Shown here one piece after another: positions 1 through 9,693 of a stretch of 64,000 nt of DNA (its first letter is position 1; each line of letters starts with the position of its first letter). The notes beneath the pieces were generated by a model. That model was given only the letters and a program-made list of their open reading frames with translations. It made no database searches and was not told where the DNA came from. Both the position numbers and the translations under genes were made by a program. Origin of the DNA: a virus (Duplodnaviria; Caudoviricetes); IMG/VR virus record IMGVR_UViG_3300038524_000024, positions 1-64,000 of that record; one strand, 5' to 3'.

Positions 1-15
1 CCAGGATACTGCTTG

Positions 16-106
16 GTTGCAAGAATCGTGCCTGGCCAGGGCGGCGGCTTCGTTGCAAGTTCCGTGCCAGCTGTGGTATCCTGGATTCGTTGCAAGAATC
101 GTGCCA
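16..106 (-). promoter_or_regulatory. Three tandem sigma54 (-24/-12)-type motifs, 36-37 bp apart
   Basis: Minus strand reads AGGCACGATTCTTGCAAC (16-33), TGGCACGGAACTTGCAAC (52-69) and TGGCACGATTCTTGCAAC (89-106); each fits TGGCAC-N5-TTGC with exact GG-N10-GC spacing. Confidence 0.6.
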
Positions 107-149
107 GCCCCGCCAGCGGCGGCAATAAAGGTCATATTTTTTTTATTAC

Positions 150-327
150 ATATTTTAACAGAGCGCAAGTTTTGAATAATCAACAAAATAATTCTATATT
201 TTAACAGTGGCAAAATTTTTAATCACACAAAAACTACTATGCGCAACGGGTAATTTAAAACCATATTTTTCAATTCAATATTTTAACAGGACACAAATTT
301 TAAATTATTCACAACATATTTTAACAG
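150..327 (+). repeat. Four copies of ATATTTTAACAG
   Basis: Exact copies start at 150, 196, 278 and 316 in non-coding AT-rich DNA. Confidence 0.8.
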
Positions 328-1031
328 AAAAATTTATTTCAATAACTTAACAAAAATGTAAATTTATTTCATTGCAAAAATAACTTTGTAAAATTTTATA
401 AAAAACTTTCAATAATTCACAAATTTTTATTAGAAATAAAGTTTATTTCGCATAATTTCAATTTTTATAATTAAACTTTGCCAAAATCTGCAAAACTACT
501 AAAAATAGGTTCGTGTTCTGTCGGATATATCAATATTTTTATACTGTACATTATACACTATAAATTATGATAAATTTTTACAAAAATAATTTTTATACTG
601 TATAATACACACATAATGTGCACAACACTATAAAGTCTCGTAATTTCAAGTAAAAGAACCAAAAATTGTTGTTTTCACGCTTATAAATTGTATTTTATAA
701 GCATAAATGATACATTTTAACCAGAACAATTGACAAAAACGTCCATCAGGAAAATAAATTGGCATAAAATATGGCATATAAGTTATGTATGTATATTTAC
801 TTGAATTTGACACGAATCATCGTTTTTAAGCCAGTTTTTTGGCGGGTAAACAAGTTATGAACAAATCTATAAACAGAATCTGGCATATATTGACAAAAAT
901 TTTGATAAATTAACCAAATATTATTTTATAAATTTATAATAAGAAGCTCTATTTCATAAAAATATTTTATAGCATAATATGCATATAAAATCACAAAGAT
1001 ATATATCCCCAATGCCATAACTAAAAATCTA

Positions 1032-1215
1032 TAACCAAAAAAATATGTAACCAGATTTATGTGTAACCAAAAATCTATCTAACCAAAAATATATCTAACT
1101 AAAATAATTTGTAACCAAAAAATATTTCAATTCCAATTATATCTAACCAAAAATATATCCAACCAGATTTATGTACAACCAAAAATATATCTAACCAGAA
1201 TAATTTGTAACCAAA
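1032..1215 (+). repeat. 16-bp-period tandem array (YAACCA core), iteron-like
   Basis: Cores at 1032, 1048, 1064, 1080, 1096, 1112, (1128 degenerate), 1144, 1160, 1176, 1192, 1208. Confidence 0.85.
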
Positions 1216-1220
1216 TTTAA

Positions 1221-1252
1221 AAAGAAAATCCCCCATAATTATATGGGGGATT
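1221..1252 (-). terminator. Intrinsic terminator of leftward early genes
   Basis: Hairpin AATCCCCCATA/TATGGGGGATT followed by a T-rich run on the minus strand. Confidence 0.75.
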
Positions 1253-1279
1253 GTAATTTCTAACCAAAAATATTTTATA

Positions 1280-1612
1280 TTAGGCTGGCAAACTAACCTT
1301 GATTCGTGAAGATGCAGAATTATTCCAATCTACAATTAGTCCAGATTTTTTAAATTCTTCTACAACTTTATAACCCACCAGAAAATCGTCAATTTCAGTA
1401 GCGGATTTTTTGTTAGACCCATAGGCTATATACATATAACCATATTTTTTTGCACTTTCTGCATCTTGAGAATGATAAAATACATATTCTGTTTCTTTAT
1501 CGGGAATAATATTAATTGTGCAAGTCATACAGCATAATCCACGTTGCGCCCAAAACCCCTTACGGCGCAACTTAGTAAATACCTTATTAGTTTCAACAAT
1601 TAGTGATTTCAT
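1280..1612 (-). CDS. Hypothetical protein, DUF6891-like
   Basis: CCxxC and VFYHxQD motifs; RBS upstream. Confidence 0.55.
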   Translation of the reverse strand: MKSLIVETNKVFTKLRRKGFWAQRGLCCMTCTINIIPDKETEYVFYHSQDAESAKKYGYMYIAYGSNKKSATEIDDFLVGYKVVEEFKKSGLIVDWNNSASSRIKVSLPA

Positions 1613-1634
1613 ATCTGTTTTTCCTTTCTTCTAA

Positions 1635-1838
1635 TTACCAGTCAATTTCTTCGTATGTGGTTTTTACCTCGAAGATTTTAATACTCCAAGCGTACTTGTG
1701 AATTCTTTCTTGCTCATGTGCCCAACATATGGCATCTTTCTCAAATTGAAATTCTGCCGTTTCGTAATCCCCAACATTACCAGAATCATCAATTTGAATT
1801 ACTACTCTGTAATATCGTGATAAAATTTTCTGTGTCAT
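1635..1838 (-). CDS. Hypothetical protein
   Basis: AAGGAACACAAAATG start context, in operon. Confidence 0.7.
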   Translation of the reverse strand: MTQKILSRYYRVVIQIDDSGNVGDYETAEFQFEKDAICWAHEQERIHKYAWSIKIFEVKTTYEEIDW

Positions 1839-1852
1839 TTTGTGTTCCTTTC

Positions 1853-2089
1853 TTATGCAGATAAAAGTGTGTCGATTTCTGATTGTGGTACGACCATTGC
1901 CACATTGCTTTCGATATAGCCATCAATATGTTTACTGGTAGAAATGCTATAAAACTTGTCTGTTTTTATCCATCCCTTACCAAATACATAAGCACATACT
2001 GGTGTATTATAAGAAAAAAAGATTTTAGCTTTGTCCGTATAAATAACGGTTTGATTTTTGTTGATTGTTGCAAGTGATATAAACTTCAT
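1853..2089 (-). CDS. Conserved small phage protein (FSYxTPV...YSxSTSKHI)
   Basis: AAGGAG RBS; own sigma70-type promoter at 2118-2146. Confidence 0.7.
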   Translation of the reverse strand: MKFISLATINKNQTVIYTDKAKIFFSYNTPVCAYVFGKGWIKTDKFYSISTSKHIDGYIESNVAMVVPQSEIDTLLSA

Positions 2090-2117
2090 TTTGTGCTCCT
2101 TTTCTAAGTATATAAAG

Positions 2118-2146
2118 ATTATATCACACTAATATAATCTTGTCAA
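2118..2146 (-). promoter_or_regulatory. sigma70/sigmaA-type promoter
   Basis: TTGACA-N17-TATAAT with extended TG. Confidence 0.85.
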
Positions 2147-2213
2147 GGAATTGCTTAACCAGATTTAAAACAAAAATCCCCCAATTTTAGTAGGGGGATT
2201 ATAGTTTAGATGA

Positions 2214-2384
2214 TTAATCCTCGTATTCTGTAACGGCATTGAGCTCCCATTCGTCTTCATTGATTTGGTCGTATTCATATTCGGATTCTGGAACTTGTAA
2301 TCCTTTGGCTTCCGCTTCTTCTTCGGTATCGGCTTGAACCGAAACCCCTGCATACTTTACAAACGATACCCACCACGTTTTCAT
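2214..2384 (-). CDS. Small acidic protein (56 aa; not in ORF track)
   Basis: MKTWWVSFVKYAGVSVQADTEEEAEAK...; AAGGAG RBS; followed by hairpin at about 2175-2200. Confidence 0.7.
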   Translation of the reverse strand: MKTWWVSFVKYAGVSVQADTEEEAEAKGLQVPESEYEYDQINEDEWELNAVTEYED

Positions 2385-2423
2385 TTTATATCTCCTTTGT
2401 TTTTTTAGTGTAAAAAAATTATA

Positions 2424-2637
2424 TCATAGTAATGTGTTATTGTCAAGGTCAATAATCCTAAATGCAATTTCATCAATGCCGTCTACTTCCCAATCATTAT
2501 CCCAATTATATTCAATTTCAACATCATCTTCATCAAAAACACCATCTGCCATAATTTCTTTGGCTTCATCTAAACTATCAACATCAAGTTTAATATTGGC
2601 ATATTCCGTTCGTTTCAAATTAACCATTACTACCATC
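2424..2637 (-). CDS. Small acidic protein (likely start MVVMV)
   Basis: Very Asp/Glu-rich ORF in leftward operon; start position approximate. Confidence 0.6.
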
Positions 2638-2640
2638 TTA

Positions 2641-2859
2641 TTACCCTTGCTTCTGTCTGAAAAGAAATTCGGTTTTTGGTGTACGTTCAACTTCTTCACA
2701 CACCCATTCCCACGCAACGGACGTATCAAAGCAATTATTTTTTATATTATCCTGTAACTTATGATATGCATCATCTTCATCGTTGGCATAGACCAATGTA
2801 CAAAATGTCATATAGAAAGGTTGCAATGGTTTTTCTTCTGCAATAATTTTCTTACTCAT
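2641..2859 (-). CDS. Hypothetical protein
   Basis: AAGGAG RBS; contiguous operon; start approximate. Confidence 0.6.
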   Translation of the reverse strand: MSKKIIAEEKPLQPFYMTFCTLVYANDEDDAYHKLQDNIKNNCFDTSVAWEWVCEEVERTPKTEFLFRQKQG

Positions 2860-3106
2860 AGTCGTCATACTCCTTTTGTAATTCTTCATCATTATCGTAA
2901 ATATAATCTAATGTTGCTTCAACAAAGTGCCAACTAATATCATCATCAGAATTGTCGGGCTTATTTACCCCAATAAACTGATTATGAATATCCGTAAAAA
3001 ACGTGAAAATCGCATTATTGATACACTTTTCGAGAATTTGTTCGCCATATTTTTCAATGACGCTCGCTTGACGTTCTGTTGGGTCAAAATATTCTAATTT
3101 TACCAT
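2852..3106 (-). CDS. Acidic helical protein, paralog of 3286-3573
   Basis: VIEKYG...IHN...LDYIYDNDEELQ shared with paralog. Confidence 0.7.
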   Translation of the reverse strand: MVKLEYFDPTERQASVIEKYGEQILEKCINNAIFTFFTDIHNQFIGVNKPDNSDDDISWHFVEATLDYIYDNDEELQKEYDDYE

Positions 3107-3107
3107 A

Positions 3108-3284
3108 TTAATCATCATCCTGTTCTGCAAATGCAAACGTATAAACTTCTCTCCAAATAGTACCACAATCATCACAAATTAGTGTTTGCCATGCTTCACC
3201 AATACCACTTTCAAATTCTTCACCTGTAATGTGGTTACTACCACATTTAGGGCAAGCACCAGTATAATCTTTAATCGTTGCCAT
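3108..3284 (-). CDS. Zn-ribbon protein, paralog of 3752-3949 (not in ORF track)
   Basis: CPKCG...AW...CDDC...WREVY; AAGGAG RBS. Confidence 0.7.
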   Translation of the reverse strand: MATIKDYTGACPKCGSNHITGEEFESGIGEAWQTLICDDCGTIWREVYTFAFAEQDDD

Positions 3285-3285
3285 C

Positions 3286-3573
3286 TTATTCTCCTTTTAG
3301 TATATTCATATCGTGCTTATTTTGCAATTCTTCATCGTTTTGAAAAATATAGTCCAGTGCTGTTCTCACAAAAAATTCATGGTCGTCTGGTGAAGATTCA
3401 TCACTTTCGGTTTTGACAATATTATTATGAATCTTGATATAAAAATCAAACATACCATCATTAATCACTTCTTCTAACTTATCTTTGCCATATTTATCAA
3501 TTACTAACTGTTCCCAATTTGTATATGTATAACCATCTAAGTTTATCATTGTATCGTCCTTTCTTAATTCCAA
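3286..3573 (-). CDS. Acidic helical protein, paralog of 2852-3106
   Basis: VIDKYG...IHN...LDYIFQNDEELQ; true start may be at MINLDG. Confidence 0.7.
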   Translation of the reverse strand: MELRKDDTMINLDGYTYTNWEQLVIDKYGKDKLEEVINDGMFDFYIKIHNNIVKTESDESSPDDHEFFVRTALDYIFQNDEELQNKHDMNILKGE

Positions 3574-3751
3574 ACTAATTTTTTATTGCTATAATCTTTT
3601 GTAGCTTCATATGCACTCGTATAGATTTTAGTAATTTTTCCAGTGCTAAAATTTTGAAAGTAATATCCAGATTCATCTTCTGATTGAATAAGGTCAATGT
3701 CTTTATCCATATTCCAAATTCCTTTTGCAATTTTTCTCATTGCTACTCCTT

Positions 3752-3949
3752 TTAGTTTGTTTTGTCAATTGGTAATTTTTCGCCGTGCAAATTTTCGCAC
3801 CAAGAAAACAGATATACTTCATACCATTCTTCCTTGCACTCATCACATTGTCTCAATAACCACGCCGATTCTGGTTCAAAACCGCTATCGGCATTATGTA
3901 TATCTTCATTGCCACATTTAGGGCATTCCGTAATCATTTTATAAGCCAT
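3752..3949 (-). CDS. Zn-ribbon protein
   Basis: CPKCG...AW...CDEC...WYEVY. Confidence 0.7.
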   Translation of the reverse strand: MAYKMITECPKCGNEDIHNADSGFEPESAWLLRQCDECKEEWYEVYLFSWCENLHGEKLPIDKTN

Positions 3950-4002
3950 AACATCTCCTTGTATTGTTTATTTTGTCAATATAAATATTATACTACAATT
4001 CT

Positions 4003-4257
4003 TTATTCTGTCAAGGGGCTTTTATAAATTGTATAAGATTCAACAGGGTTACTTTCTTTTGCCACATGAATTTCATATCGGGTAAACAAAAATGGGGTTT
4101 CTTCCCCTGTAAAATCTTCCCAATTATATTTTGTAATTAATTGGTTGGCACGTTCCTTGACTTCTTTAAGTGTTCGTGGCTTTACTTCAACAACCCAAAG
4201 GGTTTCATTCGTTTCACAATTTTTCAATTCGTATTCAAGCCTGAATTTATCTATCAT
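4003..4257 (-). CDS. Hypothetical protein
   Basis: ORF in leftward cluster. Confidence 0.6.
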   Translation of the reverse strand: MIDKFRLEYELKNCETNETLWVVEVKPRTLKEVKERANQLITKYNWEDFTGEETPFLFTRYEIHVAKESNPVESYTIYKSPLTE

Positions 4258-4604
4258 ATTCTTTCTATTTGTATTTTTTATTTTATAATCAAGGATTACC
4301 AGTAAGTATTAAGTAGCATTTAAAATGGTGACTCTGTTTCCGATAATCCTTGATTACTTCAATAATTCTATCATATATGTTTTTATTTGTCAAGCGTTTA
4401 TTATGACAATATAAGCCTATATCCATAAAAAACGCCAGATTTTGATAAAATCTCTAAGTGGTCAATACCTTCGTTATAATCATTGGTCATAAAAATTATA
4501 GACCAGTTATTATTTTCGTCCATTACTTGAAGTAAGTATTTATACATATCTATCTCCTTTATATTTTAGTTATTTATTAAATAAAACTGTTCTTTTATTT
4601 CTAA

Positions 4605-5399
4605 TTAATCATCTTCGCAAAAAGCTGCGGTGTTTTCATTAATAAGTAAGTAGTAATGTCCATTGCCACAATTTCGATATTCTGCTGAAAACCACGCACG
4701 ATAATTACCATCAGCACCATTCGCACCACTTACTCTAATATCATATTGAGATTGCCAAGAATAATGAAAATCTTCTTTGTTGTCAATATGTTTTTTAAGA
4801 TTGGCAATACAGGCATCATATTCATAACTATGAGAAATTGGCTTATGCGATTTGATAGTTGTAGTCTTATAACCATCGTGCAATAAACTAACTCCTAATT
4901 GTTGTTCATATTTATAAAGCGCCCGCATCTCTTTACTGATAAAAGATTGATTATCATCAAGGTTATTATAAACTTCTAAATATTCATTATTATCAAAATT
5001 TTGATAACCATTTTGTAAATCTTGCCACAGATTGGGGTGGCATTTATTAGCAAATAATTTTTTGAATTTGCTAATTGTAGCAATCATTTTATCTGCTGGT
5101 GAAGAGGTATCAATTACAGGATATTCGAGACTTGTAATTTCTTTCAAATCATTCATAAATAAAACCCTGCCATTTTTGCGACTTTTTCCATCAAGTACAC
5201 CAATTGTAAAATTGTTGGCAAAAAAACGTTTTGTGTAGGTTCTATCTTGTGTATCTACGTATGTAATACGTATTGCGTGATTTTTTTCAATTTCATCAAG
5301 TAAAAAATGTCTTGCGTGGGCATAATTGCTCACATAACCATTTTCTGGTGTTCCTGCCGTTAGTGCCAAATAAAAGTTTTTTGTTATAGTTTTAGCCAT
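4605..5399 (-). CDS. Hypothetical phage protein
   Basis: 264-aa ORF; AAGGAG RBS; promoter at 5429-5457. Confidence 0.8.
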   Translation of the reverse strand: MAKTITKNFYLALTAGTPENGYVSNYAHARHFLLDEIEKNHAIRITYVDTQDRTYTKRFFANNFTIGVLDGKSRKNGRVLFMNDLKEITSLEYPVIDTSSPADKMIATISKFKKLFANKCHPNLWQDLQNGYQNFDNNEYLEVYNNLDDNQSFISKEMRALYKYEQQLGVSLLHDGYKTTTIKSHKPISHSYEYDACIANLKKHIDNKEDFHYSWQSQYDIRVSGANGADGNYRAWFSAEYRNCGNGHYYLLINENTAAFCEDD

Positions 5400-5428
5400 T
5401 TTGTGCTCCTTTTTTATTGTATACAGGG

Positions 5429-5692
5429 ATTATATCATATTGAAATAAACTTGTCAAGTGATTGGTATCCTGGACTTTTATAATTGTGCTATTGGCGCAG
5501 CGCATACATATACACACGTATTAAATAATGAAGCGCATACATATACACACGTATTAAATAATGAAGCGTATGATTATTAGAAAACCGATTACTTGACAAG
5601 GGTCAACGAATATGATATACTCAATTGTAATTGAAAAAGGTTTTACTAACTTTGACCAATTGCTTGACAAGTATGTCGAAGTGTGGTATACT
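5429..5692. promoter_or_regulatory. Divergent promoter region
   Basis: Leftward TTGACA-N17-TATAAT (5429-5457); rightward TTGACA-N17-TATACT at 5593-5621 and 5664-5692. Confidence 0.85.
5499..5568 (+). repeat. 33-bp perfect tandem duplication
   Basis: AGCGCATACATATACACACGTATTAAATAATGA twice. Confidence 0.9.
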
Positions 5693-5739
5693 TATATTAA
5701 TGTGAAAAACACATAAAAATTTGAAGGGAGCAAGACAAC

Positions 5740-6999
5740 ATGAAATTTAACATAAAAAAATTAGTAAAATTGTTGGATGCAGATACTGCAACAATTCTTG
5801 CTGACCCTAAGAAATATTGGGATTATAAAGTACAAAAAGGTAAAAATTATTTGTACATTGATAGGGGCGCTAATATCTTGGGTGTCGCACATTTGGACAC
5901 AGTGGCTGATACAGTAAAGCCAAACGATAAAAAAAATAAATTTGAGAAAACCATCGTTGAAAACGTTGGTGTAAATGATATAATAGTAACTTCAATAAAA
6001 CTTGATGATAGATTAGGTGTATTTTTATTGATGGACGTCCTACCTTATTTGGGTTTGAAGTATGACATACTTCTAACAACAGATGAGGAAATTGGAATGA
6101 GCACAGCATCGAATTTTAAAACAAAGAAAAAGTATAATTGGGTTTTCTCTATGGATAGACGAGATTATGGTACTGCCGTTTTGTATCAATATGGCACGCC
6201 AGAAATTACAAACGCTTTAAAAAGTCTTGATTATAAAATTGAAACGGGTAGTTTTTCTGATATTTCAGAATTAGACCAGTTAGGTTGTGCGGGAATTAAT
6301 TTTGGTTGTGGATACAAATATGAGCACACCAATTCCTGTATGATGAGAACATCTTGGTTGAGCGTTGTAGTAAATATGTTTGTAGATTTTTATGGTTGGT
6401 ATAATGACGTAAAATTCAATTATGTTTATAAACCAACTTCAAGATATAGTACATATTCATACGGTAAATATTCTGATTTTTCTTATTGGGGTAGCAGTGC
6501 AACAGTAAAGAGCACAAATAGTATAGCCCCTACCAAAAAATACGAAGAAACCACTGGCGAATGGAAGGAATTACTAAGTGATAAGTATGATGATGAAATT
6601 GTTGAGATGGTCAAAGAGGAATTATCAGTACAGACAATTCCTGTTGAGATTATTCCAGTAAATGATAGTGATTATACTTATCCGCCATATTATAAAAATG
6701 GTATAAAGATTACCGCATATGCGCTCGAAGCCAATGGTGACTGGACTGCAATGGGTACAGATAGTGATGGCAACTACTACACGTTAGGTGTTGAAGATAA
6801 AATTGGGCAAGATACTACTAACCCATATTTACAACCGCAATTAAGCTTTGAAAGAGAAGAAATTGATGATATAATTGATAAGCATGTGTCAACTATGCTT
6901 AAGGACGATGACGATTTTGATTACTATCTTAAGCACGATAGTAGAGCTAAGAATCCTAAGAGTTTCTTACACCCAGAAGATTTTGATGAGCCAATGTAA
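5740..6999 (+). CDS. M28/M20-family Zn peptidase-like protein with acidic C-terminal tail
   Basis: AHLDT, DDRLG, DEEIG, MDRR, SDI, YKYEHT metal-ligand motifs. Confidence 0.75.
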   Translation: MKFNIKKLVKLLDADTATILADPKKYWDYKVQKGKNYLYIDRGANILGVAHLDTVADTVKPNDKKNKFEKTIVENVGVNDIIVTSIKLDDRLGVFLLMDVLPYLGLKYDILLTTDEEIGMSTASNFKTKKKYNWVFSMDRRDYGTAVLYQYGTPEITNALKSLDYKIETGSFSDISELDQLGCAGINFGCGYKYEHTNSCMMRTSWLSVVVNMFVDFYGWYNDVKFNYVYKPTSRYSTYSYGKYSDFSYWGSSATVKSTNSIAPTKKYEETTGEWKELLSDKYDDEIVEMVKEELSVQTIPVEIIPVNDSDYTYPPYYKNGIKITAYALEANGDWTAMGTDSDGNYYTLGVEDKIGQDTTNPYLQPQLSFEREEIDDIIDKHVSTMLKDDDDFDYYLKHDSRAKNPKSFLHPEDFDEPM

Positions 7000-7070
7000 A
7001 AATTGGCTCTTGACAACATAAAAATACTGTGATAAAATAAAAGAAAAATTAAACAAGGAGAAAAAATAAT

Positions 7071-8087
7071 ATGCCACCGAATGTTTTTGGAAATCGTTTT
7101 TATGGACATCGTGACCCTGCGTGGCACGGTTTAGGATATGTAACTGACGATGATATGAATGCCAATGAAGTTTTAGAAGTTGTTGGCAATTACGAATTTG
7201 TAAAACGTCCATTCTATGTACAAATGAATGGCAAATTAGAGGAAAGTAGAGAATTTGCTATTGTGCGTACCGCAACAAGTGACGACCCTATTGAGCGGTC
7301 ATTTGGTACTGTAACACAATGGTATAATATTATTCAACCGTCAACCATTGCTAATCTTTTTGATGACAATGTTGGGCAACCAGTAGAAACTATGGGAATG
7401 CTTGGTAAAGGCGAAAAATTGTTTCTAACGTGGAAACTACCTACTATTGATATTCATGGTGATGAAGTCAAGATGTACGGGCTGGTTGTATGTGGGTATG
7501 ATGGCAAGTATGGTGCTAATTTGCACTTGACCACTATTCGTACCGTCTGCCAAAACACTCTCAATATTGCGGTTGCGGAGAATAATAGTACTGCTGGCAC
7601 TGGTCGTGTTTGGTCAGGACGACATAATAGCAAGCAGGTTGAAAATCACTTGGGTCTTTGGATGGAACATATTCAAGCACAAGCAGAGGCGCAAGCAGAA
7701 ATAACTAAAAATCTTTTTATCAATCTCGACTCTGTAAAAATTCCAGATGAGAGTGTTGCCAAAGGTTTGTTTGCGAATGTGTACCCTATGCCAATAGCCC
7801 CTTCTGATAATATGCCAAAACAACTGTTTGACATAAAACTACAGAAGTTTGAAGAAGACGTTATGCAAGTTGAAAAGCATCGGTCTTTGGCATATGACTT
7901 GTTTGCTGGTGCTGGCACTGAAATTAAAGATACTGCATTTGGCTTACTGAACGCAGTTACTGAATACGAAAATTGGGCTGGCACTATCAAAAAGCCTATC
8001 AATTATTCTGTAATGTTTGGAAATAGGTCTAACAATATGTTGCGGGCTTTGAATGTAGTGCGTGACTATGCAATGGTTGAAAAATAA
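7071..8087 (+). CDS. DUF932-family phage/plasmid protein
   Basis: PAWHGLG, TTIRTVCQNTL, GRH, LLNAVTEY motifs; promoter at 7010-7038. Confidence 0.85.
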   Translation: MPPNVFGNRFYGHRDPAWHGLGYVTDDDMNANEVLEVVGNYEFVKRPFYVQMNGKLEESREFAIVRTATSDDPIERSFGTVTQWYNIIQPSTIANLFDDNVGQPVETMGMLGKGEKLFLTWKLPTIDIHGDEVKMYGLVVCGYDGKYGANLHLTTIRTVCQNTLNIAVAENNSTAGTGRVWSGRHNSKQVENHLGLWMEHIQAQAEAQAEITKNLFINLDSVKIPDESVAKGLFANVYPMPIAPSDNMPKQLFDIKLQKFEEDVMQVEKHRSLAYDLFAGAGTEIKDTAFGLLNAVTEYENWAGTIKKPINYSVMFGNRSNNMLRALNVVRDYAMVEK

Positions 8088-8146
8088 TGTAGGGGGCTTG
8101 CCCCCTACTAATACTAAAATAATTTTTAAACACAAGGAAGGATAAT

Positions 8147-9523
8147 ATGTCAGAAATTGAATATGAAGTTAATACATATAAGAAATTTACTATCAAGGCT
8201 GGTGATATTGTTAGGATTCGCCAAAAAGAAGATATTTATAATGATTATCGCAAGGGGCTGATAGATTGTGGTTGGAATGATTATATGTATGATTTGTGTG
8301 GCAACCAATATATTGTCACAGAACAAATTGCCGAAAGAGCCAATCAAGGTATTGATGATATTTTTCATATTGTTATGCCACAAAAAACCGTAGGAATTAG
8401 TTTATCAATGTTGGAATTAGTAACTGAAAACGATAAAGATGTTGAGGAAATTAAGCCTATTACTTTGGTTAACGCAGAACAGGACAATGCTATCATTGAA
8501 GAAATGATAAAGAAAGTAGATGTTATGCGTTTTAGGAAACTGTTAAGCATTGCTGGGGCAAGTAGTGAAACACGTCCAGATAAAATTACCGATAAAGTTA
8601 TTATGAAATATTTGACCAATTGGGCAAAAGCAAAGTATGATATTTATTTGTTATTTGACCACAATTTAAGTATTAATAAGCAAGTGGATATCGAGATGGA
8701 CGATGAAGATATGTATACTAAAATGAAAGATTTAGCACGTGCTTATCCCCAATATGCCAACATGATTTATTCCTTTAACAGCAAGGAGTTTTTGAACAAC
8801 GAAAGTTTAGACTATAACAGAACACTTCAAGAGGTTTATCCAGACTATAAAAAAGGTACAAAACTAAGCAAGGTAATAGCAAATCTTGTAACCGATAGGG
8901 GATTTAGCGATGCTGTTGCCAACATGATGGAGGACAGAAAAATTAAGAGCAATATTGCCCTGTCAATTGACCCATATGATTACTTTACTATGTCTGTCAA
9001 TAACTATGGGTGGGAAAGTTGTCAGAAGATTGGAAGTGGTGACCATGGATTTGCTACTGGTGCTGGGTCTATTATGTTGGACGATGTAACAATTATTGCA
9101 TATCGACATAGTGGTAAAAACGAAGAGTATACTATGTCAAATATTAAGTTTTCTGGCAACTCAAAATCTTGGAGGCAATGCATTTATATTGACAAAGAAC
9201 ATTGCAGTTTTATTGCAGGAAGGGAATATCCGTCAGAAAAGAATTTGTTGGCAAAAGAAGTAAGGCTTACTCTTGAACACAAAATTGGTGATTATCTAAA
9301 CGTTAATAATGATTGGATTGTTACCAAAAACGGCGAAAGAGACTATGTAAAAGGGTCTGAAAATCTATATCATGATGTTAGTAGCGGATATAATTATCGC
9401 ACAGCCTATCTACGGGATAGAGAACGAGTCATCAGTGTAAGGGTTGGGCGCAATACATTCTGTGTAATTTGTGGCAAGGTTATTACTGGCAACCATTCAC
9501 GATATATTTGTCAACATTGCTAA
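8147..9523 (+). CDS. Conserved hypothetical phage protein with C-terminal Zn finger
   Basis: 458-aa ORF; SIDPYDYFTMS...WESC; CVICG...CQHC. Confidence 0.75.
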   Translation: MSEIEYEVNTYKKFTIKAGDIVRIRQKEDIYNDYRKGLIDCGWNDYMYDLCGNQYIVTEQIAERANQGIDDIFHIVMPQKTVGISLSMLELVTENDKDVEEIKPITLVNAEQDNAIIEEMIKKVDVMRFRKLLSIAGASSETRPDKITDKVIMKYLTNWAKAKYDIYLLFDHNLSINKQVDIEMDDEDMYTKMKDLARAYPQYANMIYSFNSKEFLNNESLDYNRTLQEVYPDYKKGTKLSKVIANLVTDRGFSDAVANMMEDRKIKSNIALSIDPYDYFTMSVNNYGWESCQKIGSGDHGFATGAGSIMLDDVTIIAYRHSGKNEEYTMSNIKFSGNSKSWRQCIYIDKEHCSFIAGREYPSEKNLLAKEVRLTLEHKIGDYLNVNNDWIVTKNGERDYVKGSENLYHDVSSGYNYRTAYLRDRERVISVRVGRNTFCVICGKVITGNHSRYICQHC

Positions 9524-9693
9524 ATTAAAATAGCATACAGTATTGCACAACATGCAGTACTGTATGCAAACTAAAAGGTAATGAAGAGAATAAAAACAAT
9601 AAATAACAAGGCGATATATAATAATATAACAACATATATATATTATATATAACCAAAAATATTTGTATCGTATATAAAATAAATAGGAGAACC

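Noticed and set aside
16-106. CRISPR or TIGR-like array (36-37-bp period)
   Set aside because: Only three 18-bp repeats with 18-19-bp spacers, no second internal repeat and no cas or Nop-domain gene seen; the sigma54 consensus explains the conserved bases
1032-1215. CRISPR array
   Set aside because: 16-bp period with no unique spacers
2165-2353. Basic ORF MQGFRFKP
   Set aside because: Alternative frame of the RBS-supported acidic ORF 2214-2384
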